Source of the DNA: Phyllobates terribilis
Taxonomy: Eukaryota
Assembly (NCBI RefSeq): GCF_046119375.1
Contig: NW_027362768.1
Location: 367,598,001-367,662,000, forward strand
DNA length: 64,000 nt
Reading direction: 5' to 3'
Each line of letters opens with the position of its first letter. Position 1 is the stretch's first letter. The position numbers were made by a program, and so were the translations under genes. Shown one piece after another: positions 13,091-27,400 of this stretch. Under the pieces are notes generated by a model. That model searched no databases. It was not told the origin of the DNA and saw only the letters and a program-made list of their open reading frames with translations.

Positions 13091-13096
13091 AATAAA
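13091..13096 (+). terminator. Likely DALRD3 polyadenylation signal
   Basis: AATAAA about 440 nt after the stop codon, followed by GT/T-rich sequence. Confidence 0.55.
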
Positions 13097-13244
13097 GTGT
13101 TTTTATTTAAGAAAGATGTGGCTTTACTTTACTTGTGTAGCAGATAAATGTTCTGCATTTATGGGGTATACATCATACAGTATAGGGGACTATTAACCGC
13201 TAAAGAATAAGAATCTAAAGTTATTCAATAGTTTAACTGCTATA

Positions 13245-14692
13245 ATGCTGCCCCCTATGTACAATAATTACTATAATACTGCCCCCTATGTACAAGAATA
13301 TAACTACTGTAATACTGCCCCTATGTACAAGAATATAACTACTATAATACTGCCCCTATGTACAAGAATATAACTACTATAATACTGCCCCCTATGTACA
13401 AGAATATAACTACTATAATACAGCCCCTATGTACAAGAATATAACTACTATAATACTGCCCCCTATGTACAAGAATATAACTACTATAATACTGCCCCCT
13501 ATGTACAAGAATATAACTACTATAATACAGCCCCTATGTACAAGAATATAACTACTATAATACTGCCCCCTATGTACAAGAATATAACTACTATAATACT
13601 GCCCCCTATGTACAAGAATATAACTACTATAATACTGCTCCTATGTACAAGAATATAACTACTATAATACTGCTCCTATGTACAAGAATATAACTACTAT
13701 AATACTGCTCCTATGTACAAGAATATAACTACTATAATACTGCTCCTATGTCCAAGAATATAACTACTATAATACTGCCCCTATGTACAAGAATATAACT
13801 ACTATAATACTGCCCCCTATGTACAAGAATATAACTACTATAATACTGCTCCTATGTACAAGAATATAACTACTATAATACTGCCCCTATGTACAAGAAT
13901 ATACTATAATACTGCCCCTATGTACAAGAATATAACTACTATAATACTGCTCCTATGTACAAGAATATTACTACTATAATACTGCTCCTATGTACAAGAA
14001 TATAACTACTATAATACTGCCCCCTATGTACAAGAATATAACTACTATAATACTGTCTCGTATGCACAAGAATATAACTACCATAATACTGCCTCTAGGT
14101 ACAAGAATATAACTACTATAATACTGCCCCTATGTACAAGAATATAACTACTATAATACTGCCCCTATGTACAAGAATATAACTACTATAATACTGCTCC
14201 TATGTACAAGAATATAACTACTATAATACTGCCCCCTATGTACAAGAGTATAACTACTATAATACTGCTCCTATGTACAAGAATATAACTACTATAATAC
14301 TGCTCCTATGTACAAGAATATAACTACTATAATACTGCCCCTATATACAAGAATATAACTACTATAATACTGCCCCTATATACAAGAATATAACTACTAT
14401 AATACTGCCCCTATGTACAAGAATATAACTACTATAATACTGCTCCTATGTACAAGAATATAACTACTATAATACTGCCCCTATGTACAAGAATATAACT
14501 ACTATAATACTGCCCCTATATACAAGAATATAACTACTATAATACTGCCCCTATGTACAAGAATATAACTACTATAATACTGCTCCTATGTACAAGAATA
14601 TAACTACTATAATACTGCCCCCTATGTACAAGAATATAACTACTATAATACTGCCCCCTATGTACAAGAATATAACTGCTATAATGCTGCCC
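13245..14692. repeat. 35/36 bp minisatellite, array 1, about 40 units
   Basis: Unit AATACTG(CCCCC/CCCC/CTCC)TATGTACAAGAATATAACTACTAT. Confidence 0.97.
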
Positions 14693-14752
14693 CATTAAAT
14701 GAAATGAAATTGTGCATGAATTCATGGCAGGACACTCCTTTATAGCCGCAGT

Positions 14753-17700
14753 TTATTGCAGTTGTCTCATTACCATATACACATATTTCTGACGCTGGAT
14801 CCAGTGTTGGGGACCCTGATGTTGAGGTAACTCAAAGAATGAAAAGCTGAAGTTGCGGCTGAAGTTGAGCTCGGTCACTGCAGGGACTGGAGGTAATTTC
14901 ATATTATGGAATTTATTGAAGGACCGTCTCTTGGTCACTCCGTTTCGGCCCCTGAGCTTAGCTCTGTCATTACCCTTGTCTTTGGATGGCGGCTGTTCAC
15001 AGGGACTTGCCTTCGGGCTCCAGTTGTCCTTGTTGGCAGACTCTCTCTGACTTTGCGGGTAGTCAGCCATGTTGTCAGGGCACGTCTTTGGAGATGGGAT
15101 GCTGTGAAGGAGACACGTCAGCGAGGTCTCTGAAGGAGATGCCCTGACCCATGGGGTCATATCACTGGCAAGGATGGGCTGAGGCTTCTGCTTCCCCCTG
15201 GTTGGTGATGCCTTCAGAGCGGGGATGAGGTTTGTATTCTTGCCAGTATCTCGGATACTTACAGCTGGAGGATACAGTAATATTAGGTCTAAGAACAAGA
15301 AATAACATTCAGATTTGCATGTCTATATCCTCCATTATTATACAAGATCCCATAATGGTTGGACACTGTCCTGTGGTGCACAGCAGAGGACTTAGGGGCC
15401 AAAGACCATCATGGCAGCTGCAATGAGTCTGAGCATCTGACCTCAACCCAATACACAAGAGGATCAACCCATAAGGTCTCTTTATCTTTCTCTGCTTTTG
15501 CGTTCCTGTCTACAGCTATAACAGACAAGCATTTAGTTTTGGACAGGCAAACCAGTTGATAACGGCACGAGCAATGTGTGCAGGGAAGGGAGGGGCAAGG
15601 AATTTACAGCACCCATGGTGCTGGCAGAATGCTGATGAAAAGGAACTGCCCACTTTAAAAAGTAACCTGCAAGTTACAGAGCATGAGGATAGTTACTGGA
15701 CATATTAGACTGGTGTGTTCACCAAAAAAAAAGTTTTTACTTGTGGGGGGATAAAGGCAGCGAGACCATGCTGAACTATAGAATCACTGAAGGTAGCAAC
15801 CTTAATGAGTGAAAAAAGCGTGTTCAAACATTCAGGATTTTTTTGGGATTTCTGCAAAGTTTCCCCTAATGAGAGGGGGGTGATTTAATAATCAAAGATA
15901 GATACCTAAATGTAATGGAGGTAAATGGCAACAGGACAAAGAGACATTTCTTTATACACTCCTCAACTTCAAAAACGCAAAACCAAGAAGGAAAAGTTGT
16001 GGCATTATGGAAGTGACAAGATGGATTGACAGGTTACTGATCTGCAAGTGACAAGAAAGCGTCTGGTGCTGAAATCCCGGCACTTGAAGCCTCGGCTGCT
16101 GTCAGTGAGGTCATTAATGATGGACCGAGGGATGTTCTGCTGCGCTGAATGCACTTAGACAAATCATCAATATCTGTGTAAATGCCGTCTGATGATTTGG
16201 GTAGAGACTGTATGAAGCCTTAGTCTTGGTATGTGATATCTAATTTCATTGGCAATAAAGAAAGGATCAATTGTGGAACCAGTGGTGCGGCCATTTCTCC
16301 AGTGTCCGAGGAGCTGATTCTCGATACAACCCCAGGCCACACATGGCTCGTGCCACTGTGAGCAGTCTGCGTGGCCTGAATGTGCTCCCATGGCGGCAGT
16401 GTCTCCGGACTTGTCTCCTATCGAGCACATCTGGGACGTCATTGGTTGGCAATTGTAAAGGGAGCTGCCAGCAGCGGATTTTGATGATTCCACAGTGTTT
16501 CCTTCTTGGTGTTGCAATTGCAATGTTGAGGACTGTAATTAGGATAGTCCATCAATATGAGATTAGTGAGAGCCCGACACCCTCACTGATCAGCTTTCAC
16601 CAGGTCTCGCTGCAGACTGAAATACACAGACCTGGAGCAGCACAGCGCCATACATTATGTAGTGCTCGTTCTCAGGTGCTGCAGTTTAGATCACATTCAC
16701 TTCAATAGGAAGTGAGCTGCAGTACCTGAGAACGGCCACTACACGGTGTATGTCGGTCTGCTGTTCTGGCTCTATACACCTATTCTATGGATAGGCCATC
16801 AATATGAACGTCCTAGACATCCCCTTTAATAACAAGGTAAAAACTATATTTCTAGCTCCATGGTTCATTTCCATTCGTATTCCTAGACCTGAAAAAATGT
16901 ACTGTTGTCACTGTAAAACAAAATATAATTGTCGGAAATGGGGTTATTTTAGGTAGTATTGTGAGAAAAAAATGTTTTTTTCTACCCGTCACTATTAATA
17001 AGTAACTTACCGTGTATACTCGAGTATAAGAAGAGTTTTTCAGCACATTTTTTGGTGGATAGTGGGGGGGGTGGGGGGGCACACGCAGTAGCGGCTGCTG
17101 CAGCTACCATGTGTACCCGCTGCTAAAGGGAAATAAATATTCTCTCTTCTCCACGTCCATGGGCGTGGAGAAGAGGACATACTCATTCTCTTTAGTATCG
17201 GGCACGGAGGAGCGCAGAGCCACGGCTCCTGCTGTCAGTGCTTGCTGCTAAAGAGAATGCATATTCACTCCTCTCCACGCCCATAGTCCTGGCATGGAGA
17301 GGAGTGAATACGCCGGCAGCAGCTCACATCAGTGTCTATGACGCCATGCGCTCTCAGATGCTGACTTGAGCTGCAGCAGGAGAACAGGACGCAGCGCTGA
17401 AGCAGAGGTGAGGAAGGAAGGTGAGTATAAATGTGTGCAGTGATGGGGCCATACATACCAGGATTGGGGGGGGATGAGGGGTGCCATGCATACCACGATT
17501 GGGGGGGGGGGTGAGGGGTGCCATGCATGCCAGGATTGGGGGGGGGGGGTGAGGGGTGCCATGCATGCCAGGATTGGGGGGGGGGGGGGAGGGGTGCCAT
17601 GCATACTAGGATTGGGGGATGAAGGGGCCATGCATACCAGGATTGGGGGTTAGTGGGCAATACTTACCAGGATGGGGAAATTTACCAGTAGCTGCTGCAT

Positions 17701-20700
17701 TTCCCACCCTAGGCTTATACTCGAGTCAATATGTTTTCCCAGTAAAATTAGGTACCATACATACCAGGATTGGGGGATGAGGTGTGCCATACATACCAGG
17801 ATTGGGGGGGGGGGGTGAGGGGTGCCATGCATGCCAGGATTGGGGGGGGTGAGGGGTGCCATGCATACCAGGATTGGGGGGGATGAGGGGTGCCATGCAT
17901 ACCAGGATTGGGGGGGATGAGGGGTGCCATGCATACCAGGATTGGGGGGGATGAGGGGTGCCATGCATACCAGGATTGGGGGGGGGGGATGAGGGGTGCC
18001 AAGCATACCAGGATTGGGAAGGATGAGAGGTGCCATGTATACCAGGATTGGATGGATGAAGGGGCCATGCATACCAGGATTGTGTGGATGAGGGGTGCCA
18101 TGCATACCAGGATTGGGGGATGAGGGGGCCATGCATACCAGGATTGGGGAGATGAGGGGTGCCATGTATACCAGAATTGGGGGGATGAGGGGTGCCATGC
18201 ATACCAGGATTGGGTGGATGAGGGGTGCCATGCATACCAGGATTGGGGGTTAGTAGGCAATACTTACCAGGATGGGGAAATTTACCAGCAGCCGCTGCAT
18301 TTCCCACCCTAGGCTTATACTCGAGTCAATAAGTTTTCCCAGTAAAATTAGGTACCATACATACCAGGATTGGGGGATGAGGGGTGCCATGCATACCAGG
18401 ATTGGGGGATGAACAGGCCATGCATACCAGGATTGGGGGATGAGGGGTGCCATGCATACCAGGATTGGGGGATGAGGGGTGCCATGCATACCAGGATTGG
18501 GGAATGGGAGGTGCCATGCATACCAGGATTGGGGAATGGGAGGTGCCATGCTTACCAGGATTGGGGGATGAGGGGTGCCATGCATACCAGGATTGGGGGA
18601 TGAGGGGTGCCATGCATGCCAGGATTGGGGGATGAGGGGTGCCATGCATGCCAGGATTGGGGGATGAGGGAGCCATGCATACCAGGATTGGGGATGAGGG
18701 GGCCATGCATACCAGGATTGTGGGTTAGTGGGCAATACTTACCAGGATGGGGAAATTTACCAGTAGCCGCTGCATTTCCCACCCTAAGCTTATACTCGAG
18801 TCAATAAGTTTTCCCAGTAAAATTAGGTACCATACATACTAGGATTGGGGGATGAGGGGTGCCATGCATACCAGGATTGGGGGATGAAGGGGCCATGCAT
18901 ACCAGGATTGGGGGATGAGGGGTGCCATGCATACCAGGATTGGGGGATGAGGGGTGCCATGCATACCAGGATTGGGGAATGGGAGGTGCCATGCATACCA
19001 GGATTGGGGGATGAGGGGTGCCAGGCATACCAGGATTGGGGGATGAGGGGTGCCAGGCATACCAGGATTGGGGGATGAGGGGTGCCATGCATGCCAGGAT
19101 TGGGGGATGAGGGGGCCATGCATACCAGGATTGGAGATGAAGGAGCCATGCATACCAGGATTGGGGATGAGGGGGCCATGAATACCAGGATTGGGTGTTA
19201 GTGGGCAATACTTACCAGGATGGGGGAATTTACCAGTAGCCGCTGCATTTCCCACCCTAGGCTTATACTCGAGTCAATAAGTTTTCCCAGTAAAATTAGG
19301 TACCTCGGCTTATACTCTGGTCGGCTTATACTCGAGTATATACAGTATATTTTCTAGTTCATGCTTTGCTTCTATTTGTATTTTATTAATTTCCTGTTCT
19401 TAGAATACAAAATTCTATCAGATACCGGACACTGGTATCTGATAGCAGCGAGGTGATTAGTGAAGTCTCCGCTATTACGACCGGTGATATAAGAGAGCAG
19501 GTGGCTAAACGTGGATTCGAGGTGTGTAAATTAGACTATAAGCCAGGCATCAGGCGTAGACACCTTTCATGTATTTTCAGTAGATTCCCCTATAATGAGT
19601 GGCAGCGTGATTACCGCCCCCTGACATATAATATGTAAACTATTGCACCGAGGGGCGAGGCTGACACCTACCTTAACGTGCCAAGTGCAGTGGAAGCCAG
19701 GCTTTGTACTGGACTCTCCCCTTTCATTACCTGAACTAGTCATTTATGGCCATTGGCAAGTGCCAGTGATTTTCTTACGTGGCAGATGGAAGATCACAGC
19801 TGGCGGGGCCTGGCACACCCCAATGAGGGCACAATTGTGGTCGGAGCCAGACAAACCTTTGAGAGTGGCGTAAAGTCACGCTTGGCTGGATACATTTCCA
19901 TGCCCCCAACAGCTGCATTTAATAGCCCAACATCTCCCCACGGTAGCGTGTCATAGTCAAAGATGCCCGCCCTACCCATATGCCACCTGCACAGCACGTA
20001 CCTGTGACCTTTCCTGCTCCTTTCTTAATTAACGGCAAAGCAGATACTTTTCCTCTGTCAGCCACGAGTTCATTTAATGCAATGTCCGGGCTTCTGGCAT
20101 CGGTGGGTATCTGGGATAGAAAATAAGACGATGAGTGTGACTCAGTCCATGTAACTTATCACAATCCATTGCAACTTCTTAAAGGTGATGTCTCGTCTTA
20201 TTTAATGGGTAGGTTTGCAAAGCTCTTTAGGTTACTGCTCATTACCTAGGTTACCGGTCACCGCTGAAGTTCATCAGAGGTGGCCGGTTTTCTAGGCAAG
20301 GTGCGTGCTCTTGCAAGTTGTTTGCTATATATATATAGTTAAGAAACACAACTTTGAAGCTGGATAGATGGCTGGATCCTGCCAGCGTCAGTGCTCAGCA
20401 CTACCCCCATGCTGCAGAGGTAAGGCTGCCTCTGTTAGCACAGTTTGGACTAGCGGCTCAGCCAAGCCACTGCTCCGAACTGTCAATCATCAGGAGATCA
20501 CTGCCCGTTGGCAAGCAAGAGTCCAGGCAGCAGGGTAAAGGTGCATTCACGAAAATAGGATCCTGAGACAACCCTGTAAAAGACTATGCACCCCAAATAT
20601 TAGGGAAATCTGGGTCGGACCAACTTGGGTAATGATAAGCGCGCCACCCATATTGGTCATCACCCAGGATTACCTTCAATAAAAAGAAATAGGAAACAGC

Positions 20701-21026
20701 ATGATAGTAGAGGGCAACTCCACCATCACCCTTCTCTCCTCCAATATTTGCAGACGACCACCAATCAAGCTTAATATAAAATTACACATGCAAAATTGAT
20801 CTACCTTCTGTCGGGAATTCTCCTGCCGAGTTCTTCTGTTGTTCTTCCAGTCACTCTGGCTTCTTGGAGACAAAGCTGGAGAATGTTCTGTCTTTAGGCA
20901 AAGTCTGGGGGTCAACGGTGCCACACGTGTACCACCTGCAGCCTCCTGACCAGGCACCAGAACAGTCACCCTCTTAGAGTTCCCTCTATCTGACCTCCGT
21001 TTCTTGGATACATTATTCTGGTGCAT
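14753..21026 (-). CDS. Candidate unannotated three-exon gene, about 271 aa; 5' end uncertain
   Basis: Proposed exons 21026-20805 (donor AAG|GTAGAT, phase 0), 20673-20592 (pyrimidine-rich acceptor, donor G|GTGCAT, phase 1) and 15264-14753 (acceptor TATCCTCCAG, 170 codons including the stop, which lies inside AATAAA). Phases chain without a stop. No homolog recognised. Confidence 0.4.
15957..16535 (-). mobile_element. Internally deleted Tc1 element with an internal inversion
   Basis: TA-flanked imperfect TIRs (CACTCCTCAAC...CCAAGAAGGAAA) at both ends. The segment RPHMARATV...VSPDLSPIEHIWD is on + (about 16270-16480), while the C-terminal VHSAQQNIPRSIINDLTDS is on - (16170-16050). Confidence 0.8.
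16540..16830. mobile_element. TTAA-type (T2/Kolobok-like) MITE relic
   Basis: Ends in CTAGACATCCCCTTTAA and has the central CATTCACTTCAATAGG...GAGCTGCAGTACC pattern. Confidence 0.5.
17010..19345. mobile_element. Non-autonomous Tc1/mariner-superfamily (Tc2/pogo-like) element with internal tandem amplification
   Basis: TA|CCGTGTATACTCGAGTATAAG at 17010-17030 and CTTATACTCGAGTATATACAG|TA at 19325-19345, with 2 mismatches between the TIRs. Four internal blocks each contain a G-rich array plus a roughly 108 bp subterminal segment. Confidence 0.85.
17451..19195. repeat. G-rich minisatellite of about 31-38 bp in four blocks
   Basis: Unit GGGGTGCCATGCATACCAGGATTGGGGG(n)ATGA with variable G-run length. 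Confidence 0.95.
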
Positions 21027-21497
21027 TGCAGAAGGTGGATTCTGGTCTGTTTTGGTCTTCAGAAGACCCAAGCAAACGGTTCAGCATTTTGGGGTCATTG
21101 CTTAGAAAAGTTTGTCCAATGTTCTGCATGGACAACTATCCAAGTGTCACTGGTGAACCATGGAGGTTTCTGCTGAGGGCTCGTATCAACAGAAATTAAT
21201 TATTCATTAAGTCTCTTGGGTTGGGAGTAGATTAGCCTTTCATGGGTGGCAAATACTCAATAATTCAGGCTGGCATTGACAATGCACATTTGTATCCATT
21301 ATAAAAGCTGTAAAGAGAGCAACAGCCAGTGAATGGGAACCAGAAGATCAGATTCAGATCCACATACACAGAGAAGCTCAGGGACTTCCTACTATAAAGG
21401 TCATGTACCTGTTTGCATGAAATCTCCAGAATATAGAATGTGGAAAGTACTATAGAATTCCGATAATCCAGAAATTTCTTTAGTACCAATGGCAGCA

Positions 21498-24400
21498 CTA
21501 TGTACAAGAATATAACGGTCATAATACTGCCCCCTATGTACAAGAATATAACGGTCATAATACTGCCCCCTATGTACAAGAATATAATGGTCATAATACT
21601 GCTCCTATGTACAAGAATATAACTACTATAATACTGCCCCCTATGTACAAGAATATAACTACTATAATACTGCTCCTATGTACAAGAATATAACTACTAT
21701 AATACTGCCCCCTATGTACAAGAATATAACTACTATAATACTGCTCCAATGTACAAGAATATAACTGCCATAATACTGCCCCCTATGTACAAGAATATAA
21801 CGGTCATAATACTGCTCCTATGTACAAGAATATAACTACTATAATACTGCCCCCTATGTACAAGAATATAACTACTATAATACTGCTCCTATGTACAAGA
21901 ATATAACTACTATAATACGGCTCCTATGTACAAGAATATAACTACTATAATACTGCTCCTATGTACAAGAATATAACTACTATAATACGGCTCCTATGTA
22001 CAAGAATATAACTACTATAATACTGCCCCCTATGTACAAGAATATAACAACTATAATACTGCTCCTATGTACAAGAATATAACTACTATAATACTGCTCC
22101 CTATGTACAAGAATATAACTACTATAATACTGCTCCCTATGTACAAGAATATAACTACTATAATACTGCTCCCTATGTACAAGAATATAACTATTATAAT
22201 ACTGCTCCCTATGTACAAGAATATAACTACTATAATACTGCTCCTATGTACAAGAATATAACTACAATAATACTGCTCCTATGTACAAGAATATAACTAC
22301 TATAATACTGCTCCTATGTACAAGAATATAACTACTACAATACTGCTCCTATGTACAAGAATATAACTACTACAATACTGCCCCCTATGTACAAGAATAT
22401 AACTACTACAATACTGCTCCTATGTACAAGAATATAACTACTACAATACTGCTCCTATGTACAAGAATATAACTACTATAATACTGCTCCTATGTACAAG
22501 AATATAACTACTATAATACTGCTCCTATGTACAAGAATATAACTACTATAATACTGCTCCTATGTACAAGAATATAACTACTATAATACTGCTCCCTATG
22601 TACAAGAATATAACTACTATAATACTGCTCCCTATGTACAAGAATATAACTACTATAATACTGCTCCCTATGTACAAGAATATAACTACTATAATACTGC
22701 TCCCTATGTACAAGAATATAACTACTATAATACTGCTCCCTATGTACAAGAATATAACTACTATAATACTGCTCCTATGTACAAGAATATAACTACAATA
22801 ATACTGCTCCTATGTATAAGAATATAACTACTACAATACTGCTCCTATGTACAAGAATATAACTACTACAATACTGCTCCTATGTACAAGAATATAACTA
22901 CTATAATACTGCCCCCTATGTACAAGAATATAACTACTATAATACTGCTCCGTATGTACAAGAATATAACTACTATAATACTGCTCCCTATGTACAAGAA
23001 TATAACTACTATAATACTGCTCCTATGTACAAGAATATAACTACTATAATACTGCTCCTATGTACAAAAATATAACTACTATAATACTGCTCCCTATGTA
23101 CAAGAATATAACTACTATAATACTGCTCCGTATGTACAAGAATATAACTACTATAATACTGCTCCCTATGTACAAGAATATAACTACTATAATACTGCTC
23201 CTATGTATAAGAATATAACTACTATAATACTGCTCCCTATGTACAAGAATAAAACTACTATAATACTGCTCCTATGTACAAGAATATAACTACTATAATA
23301 CTGCTCCTATGTACAAGAATATAACTACTATAATACTGCCCCCTATGTACAAGAATATAACTACTATAATACTGCTCCCTATGTACAAGAATATAACTAC
23401 TATAATACTGCTCCTATGTACAAGAATATAACTACTATAATACTGCTCCCCCTATGTACAAGAATATAACTACTATAATACTGCTCCTATGTACAAGAAT
23501 ATAACTACTATAATACTGCTCCTATGTACAAGAATATAACTACTATAATACTGCTCCTATGTACAAGAATATAACTACTATAATACTGCTCCCTATGTAC
23601 AAGAATATAACTACTATAATACTGCTCCTATGTATAAGAATATAACTACTATAATACTGCTCCTATGTACAAGAATATAACTACTATAATACGGCTCCTA
23701 TGTACAAGAATATAACTACTATAATACTGCCCCCTATGTACAAGAATATAACAACTATAATACTGCTCCTATGTACAAGAATATAACTACTATAATACTG
23801 CTCCCTATGTACAAGAATATAACTACTATAATACTGCTCCCTATGTACAAGAATATAACTACTATAATACTGCTCCCTATGTACAAGAATATAACTATTA
23901 TAATACTGCTCCCTATGTACAAGAATATAACTACTATAATACTGCTCCTATGTACAAGAATATAACTACAATAATACTGCTCCTATGTACAAGAATATAA
24001 CTACTACAATACTGCTCCTATGTACAAGAATATAACTACTACAATACTGCCCCCTATGTACAAGAATATAACTACTACAATACTGCTCCTATGTACAAGA
24101 ATATAACTACTACAATACTGCTCCTATGTACAAGAATATAACTACTATAATACTGCTCCTATGTACAAGAATATAACTACTATAATACTGCTCCTATGTA
24201 CAAGAATATAACTACTATAATACTGCTCCTATGTACAAGAATATAACTACTATAATACTGCTCCTATGTACAAGAATATAACTACTATAATACTGCTCCC
24301 TATGTACAAGAATATAACTACTATAATACTGCTCCCTATGTACAAGAATATAACTACTATAATACTGCTCCCTATGTACAAGAATATAACTACTATAATA

Positions 24401-27400
24401 CTGCTCCCTATGTACAAGAATATAACTACTATAATACTGCTCCCTATGTACAAGAATATAACTACTATAATACTGCTCCTATGTACAAGAATATAACTAC
24501 AATAATACTGCTCCTATGTATAAGAATATAACTACTACAATACTGCTCCTATGTACAAAAATATAACTACTACAATACTGCTCCTATGTACAAGAATATA
24601 ACTACTACAATACTGCTCCTATGTACAAGAATATAACTACTATAATACTGCCCCCTATGTACAAGAATATAACTACTATAATACTGCTCCGTATGTACAA
24701 GAATATAACTACTATAATACTGCTCCCTATGTACAAGAATATAACTACTATAATACTGCTCCTATGTACAAGAATATAACTACTATAATACTGCTCCTAT
24801 GTACAAAAATATAACTACTATAATACTGCTCCCTATGTACAAGAATATAACTACTATAATACTGCTCCGTATGTACAAGAATATAACTACTATAATACTG
24901 CTCCCTATGTACAAGAATATAACTACTATAATACTGCTCCTATGTATAAGAATATAACTACTATAATACTGCTCCCTATGTACAAGAATATAACTACTAT
25001 AATACTGCTCCTATGTACAAGAATATAACTACTATAATACTGCCCCCTATGTACAAGAATATAACTACTATAATACTGCTCCCTATGTACAAGAATATAA
25101 CTACTATAATACTGCTCCTATGTACAAGAATATAACTACTATAATACTGCTCCCCCTATGTACAAGAATATAACTACTATAATACTGCTCCTATGTACAA
25201 GAATATAACTACTATAATACTGCTCCTATGTACAAGAATATAACTACTATAATACTGCTCCTATGTACAAGAATATAACTACTATAATACTGCTCCCTAT
25301 GTACAAGAATATAACTACTATAATACTGCTCCTATGTATAAGAATATAACTACTATAATACTGCTCCCTATGTACAAGAATATAACTACTATAATACTGC
25401 TCCCTATGTACAAGAATATAACTACTATAATACTGCTCCCTATGTACAAGAATATAACTACTATAATACTGCTCCCTATGTACAAGAATATAACTACTAT
25501 AATACTGCTCCTATGTACAAGAATATAACTACTATAATACTGCTCCTATGTACAAGAATATAACTGCTATAATGTATATTGTACTGCTCCCCCTATGTAC
25601 AAGAATATAACTACTATAATACTGCTCCTATGTATAAGAATATAACTACTATAATACTGCTCCCTATGTACAAGAATATAACTACTATAATACTGCTCCT
25701 ATGTACAAGAATATAACTACTATAATACTGCCCCCTATGTACAAGAATATAACTACTATAATACTGCTCCCTATGTACAAGAATATAACTACTATAATAC
25801 TGCTCCTATGTACAAGAATATAACTACTATAATACTGCTCCCTATGTACAAGAATATAACTACTATAATACTGCTCCATATGTACAAGAATATAACTACT
25901 ATAATACTGCTCCTATGTATAAGAATATAACTACTATAATACTGCTCCTATGTACAAGAATATAACTACTATAATACTGCTCCCTATGTACAAGAATATA
26001 ACTACTATAATACTGCTCCCTATGTACAAGAATATAACTACTATAATACTGCTCCCTATGTACAAGAATATAACTACTATAATACTGCTCCCTATGTACA
26101 AGAATATAACTATTATAATACTGCTCCCTATGTACAAGAATATAACTACTATAATACTGCTCCCTATGTACAAGAATATAACTACTATAATACTGCTCCC
26201 TATGTACAAGAATATAACTACTATAATACTGCTCCCTATGTACAAGAATATAACTACTATAATACTGCTCCTATGTACAAGAATATAACTACTATAATAC
26301 TGCTCCTATGTACAAGAATATAACTGCTATAATGTATATTGTACTGCTCCCCCTATGTACAAGAATATAACTACTATAATACTGCTCCTATGTATAAGAA
26401 TATAACTACTATAATACTGCTCCCTATGTACAAGAATATAACTACTATAATACTGCTCCTATGTACAAGAATATAACTACTATAATACTGCCCCCTATGT
26501 ACAAGAATATAACTACTATAATACTGCTCCCTATGTACAAGAATATAACTACTATAATACTGCTCCCTATGTACAAGAATATAACTACTATAATACTGCT
26601 CCTATGTACAAGAATATAACTATAATACTGCTCCTATGTACAAGAATATAACTACTATAATACTGCTCCTATGTACAAGAATATAACTGCTATAATGTAT
26701 ATTGTACTGCTCCCCCTATGTACAAGAATATAACTACTATAATACTGCTCCTATGTATAAGAATATAACTACTATAATACTGCTCCCTATGTACAAGAAT
26801 ATAACTACTATAATACTGCTCCTATGTACAAGAATATAACTACTATAATACTGCCCCCTATGTACAAGAATATAACTACTATAATACTGCTCCCTATGTA
26901 CAAGAATATAACTACTATAATACTGCTCCCTATGTACAAGAATATAACTACTATAATACTGCTGCTATGTACAAGAATATAACTATAATACTGCTCCTAT
27001 GTACAAGAATATAACTACTATAATACTGCTCGCTATGTACAAGAATATAACTACTATAATACTGCTCCCTATGTACAAGAATATAACTACTATAATACTG
27101 CTCCCTATGTACAAGAATATAACTACTATAATACTGCTCCTATGTACAAGAATATAACTACTATAATACTGCTCCCTATGTACAAGAATATAACTACTAT
27201 AATACTGCTCCCTATGTACAAGAATATAACTACTATAATACTGCCCCCTATGTACAAGAATATAACTACTATAATACTGCTCCTATGTACAAGAATATAA
27301 CTACTATAATACTGCTCCTATGTACAAGAATATAACTGCTATAATGTATATTGTACTGCTCCCCCTATGTACAAGAATATAACTACTATAATACTGCTCC

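Noticed and set aside
16038-16153. Possible extra exon of the candidate gene (HSAQQNIPRSIINDLTDS)
   Set aside because: It matches the Tc1 transposase C-terminus and lies between the Tc1 TIRs.
17660-17700. ATACTTACC at four positions, resembling the U1 snRNA 5' end
   Set aside because: The match ends after 9 nt, no U1 stem-loops or Sm site are visible, and it lies within the transposon's repeated segment.
17265-19255. Pro-rich minus-strand ORFs
   Set aside because: They come from the G-rich minisatellite inside the Tc2-like element.
21290-21415. Plus-strand peptide VSIIKAVKRATASEWEPEDQIQ... as an exon
   Set aside because: No compatible acceptor or partner exons were found, and it is flanked by stops.
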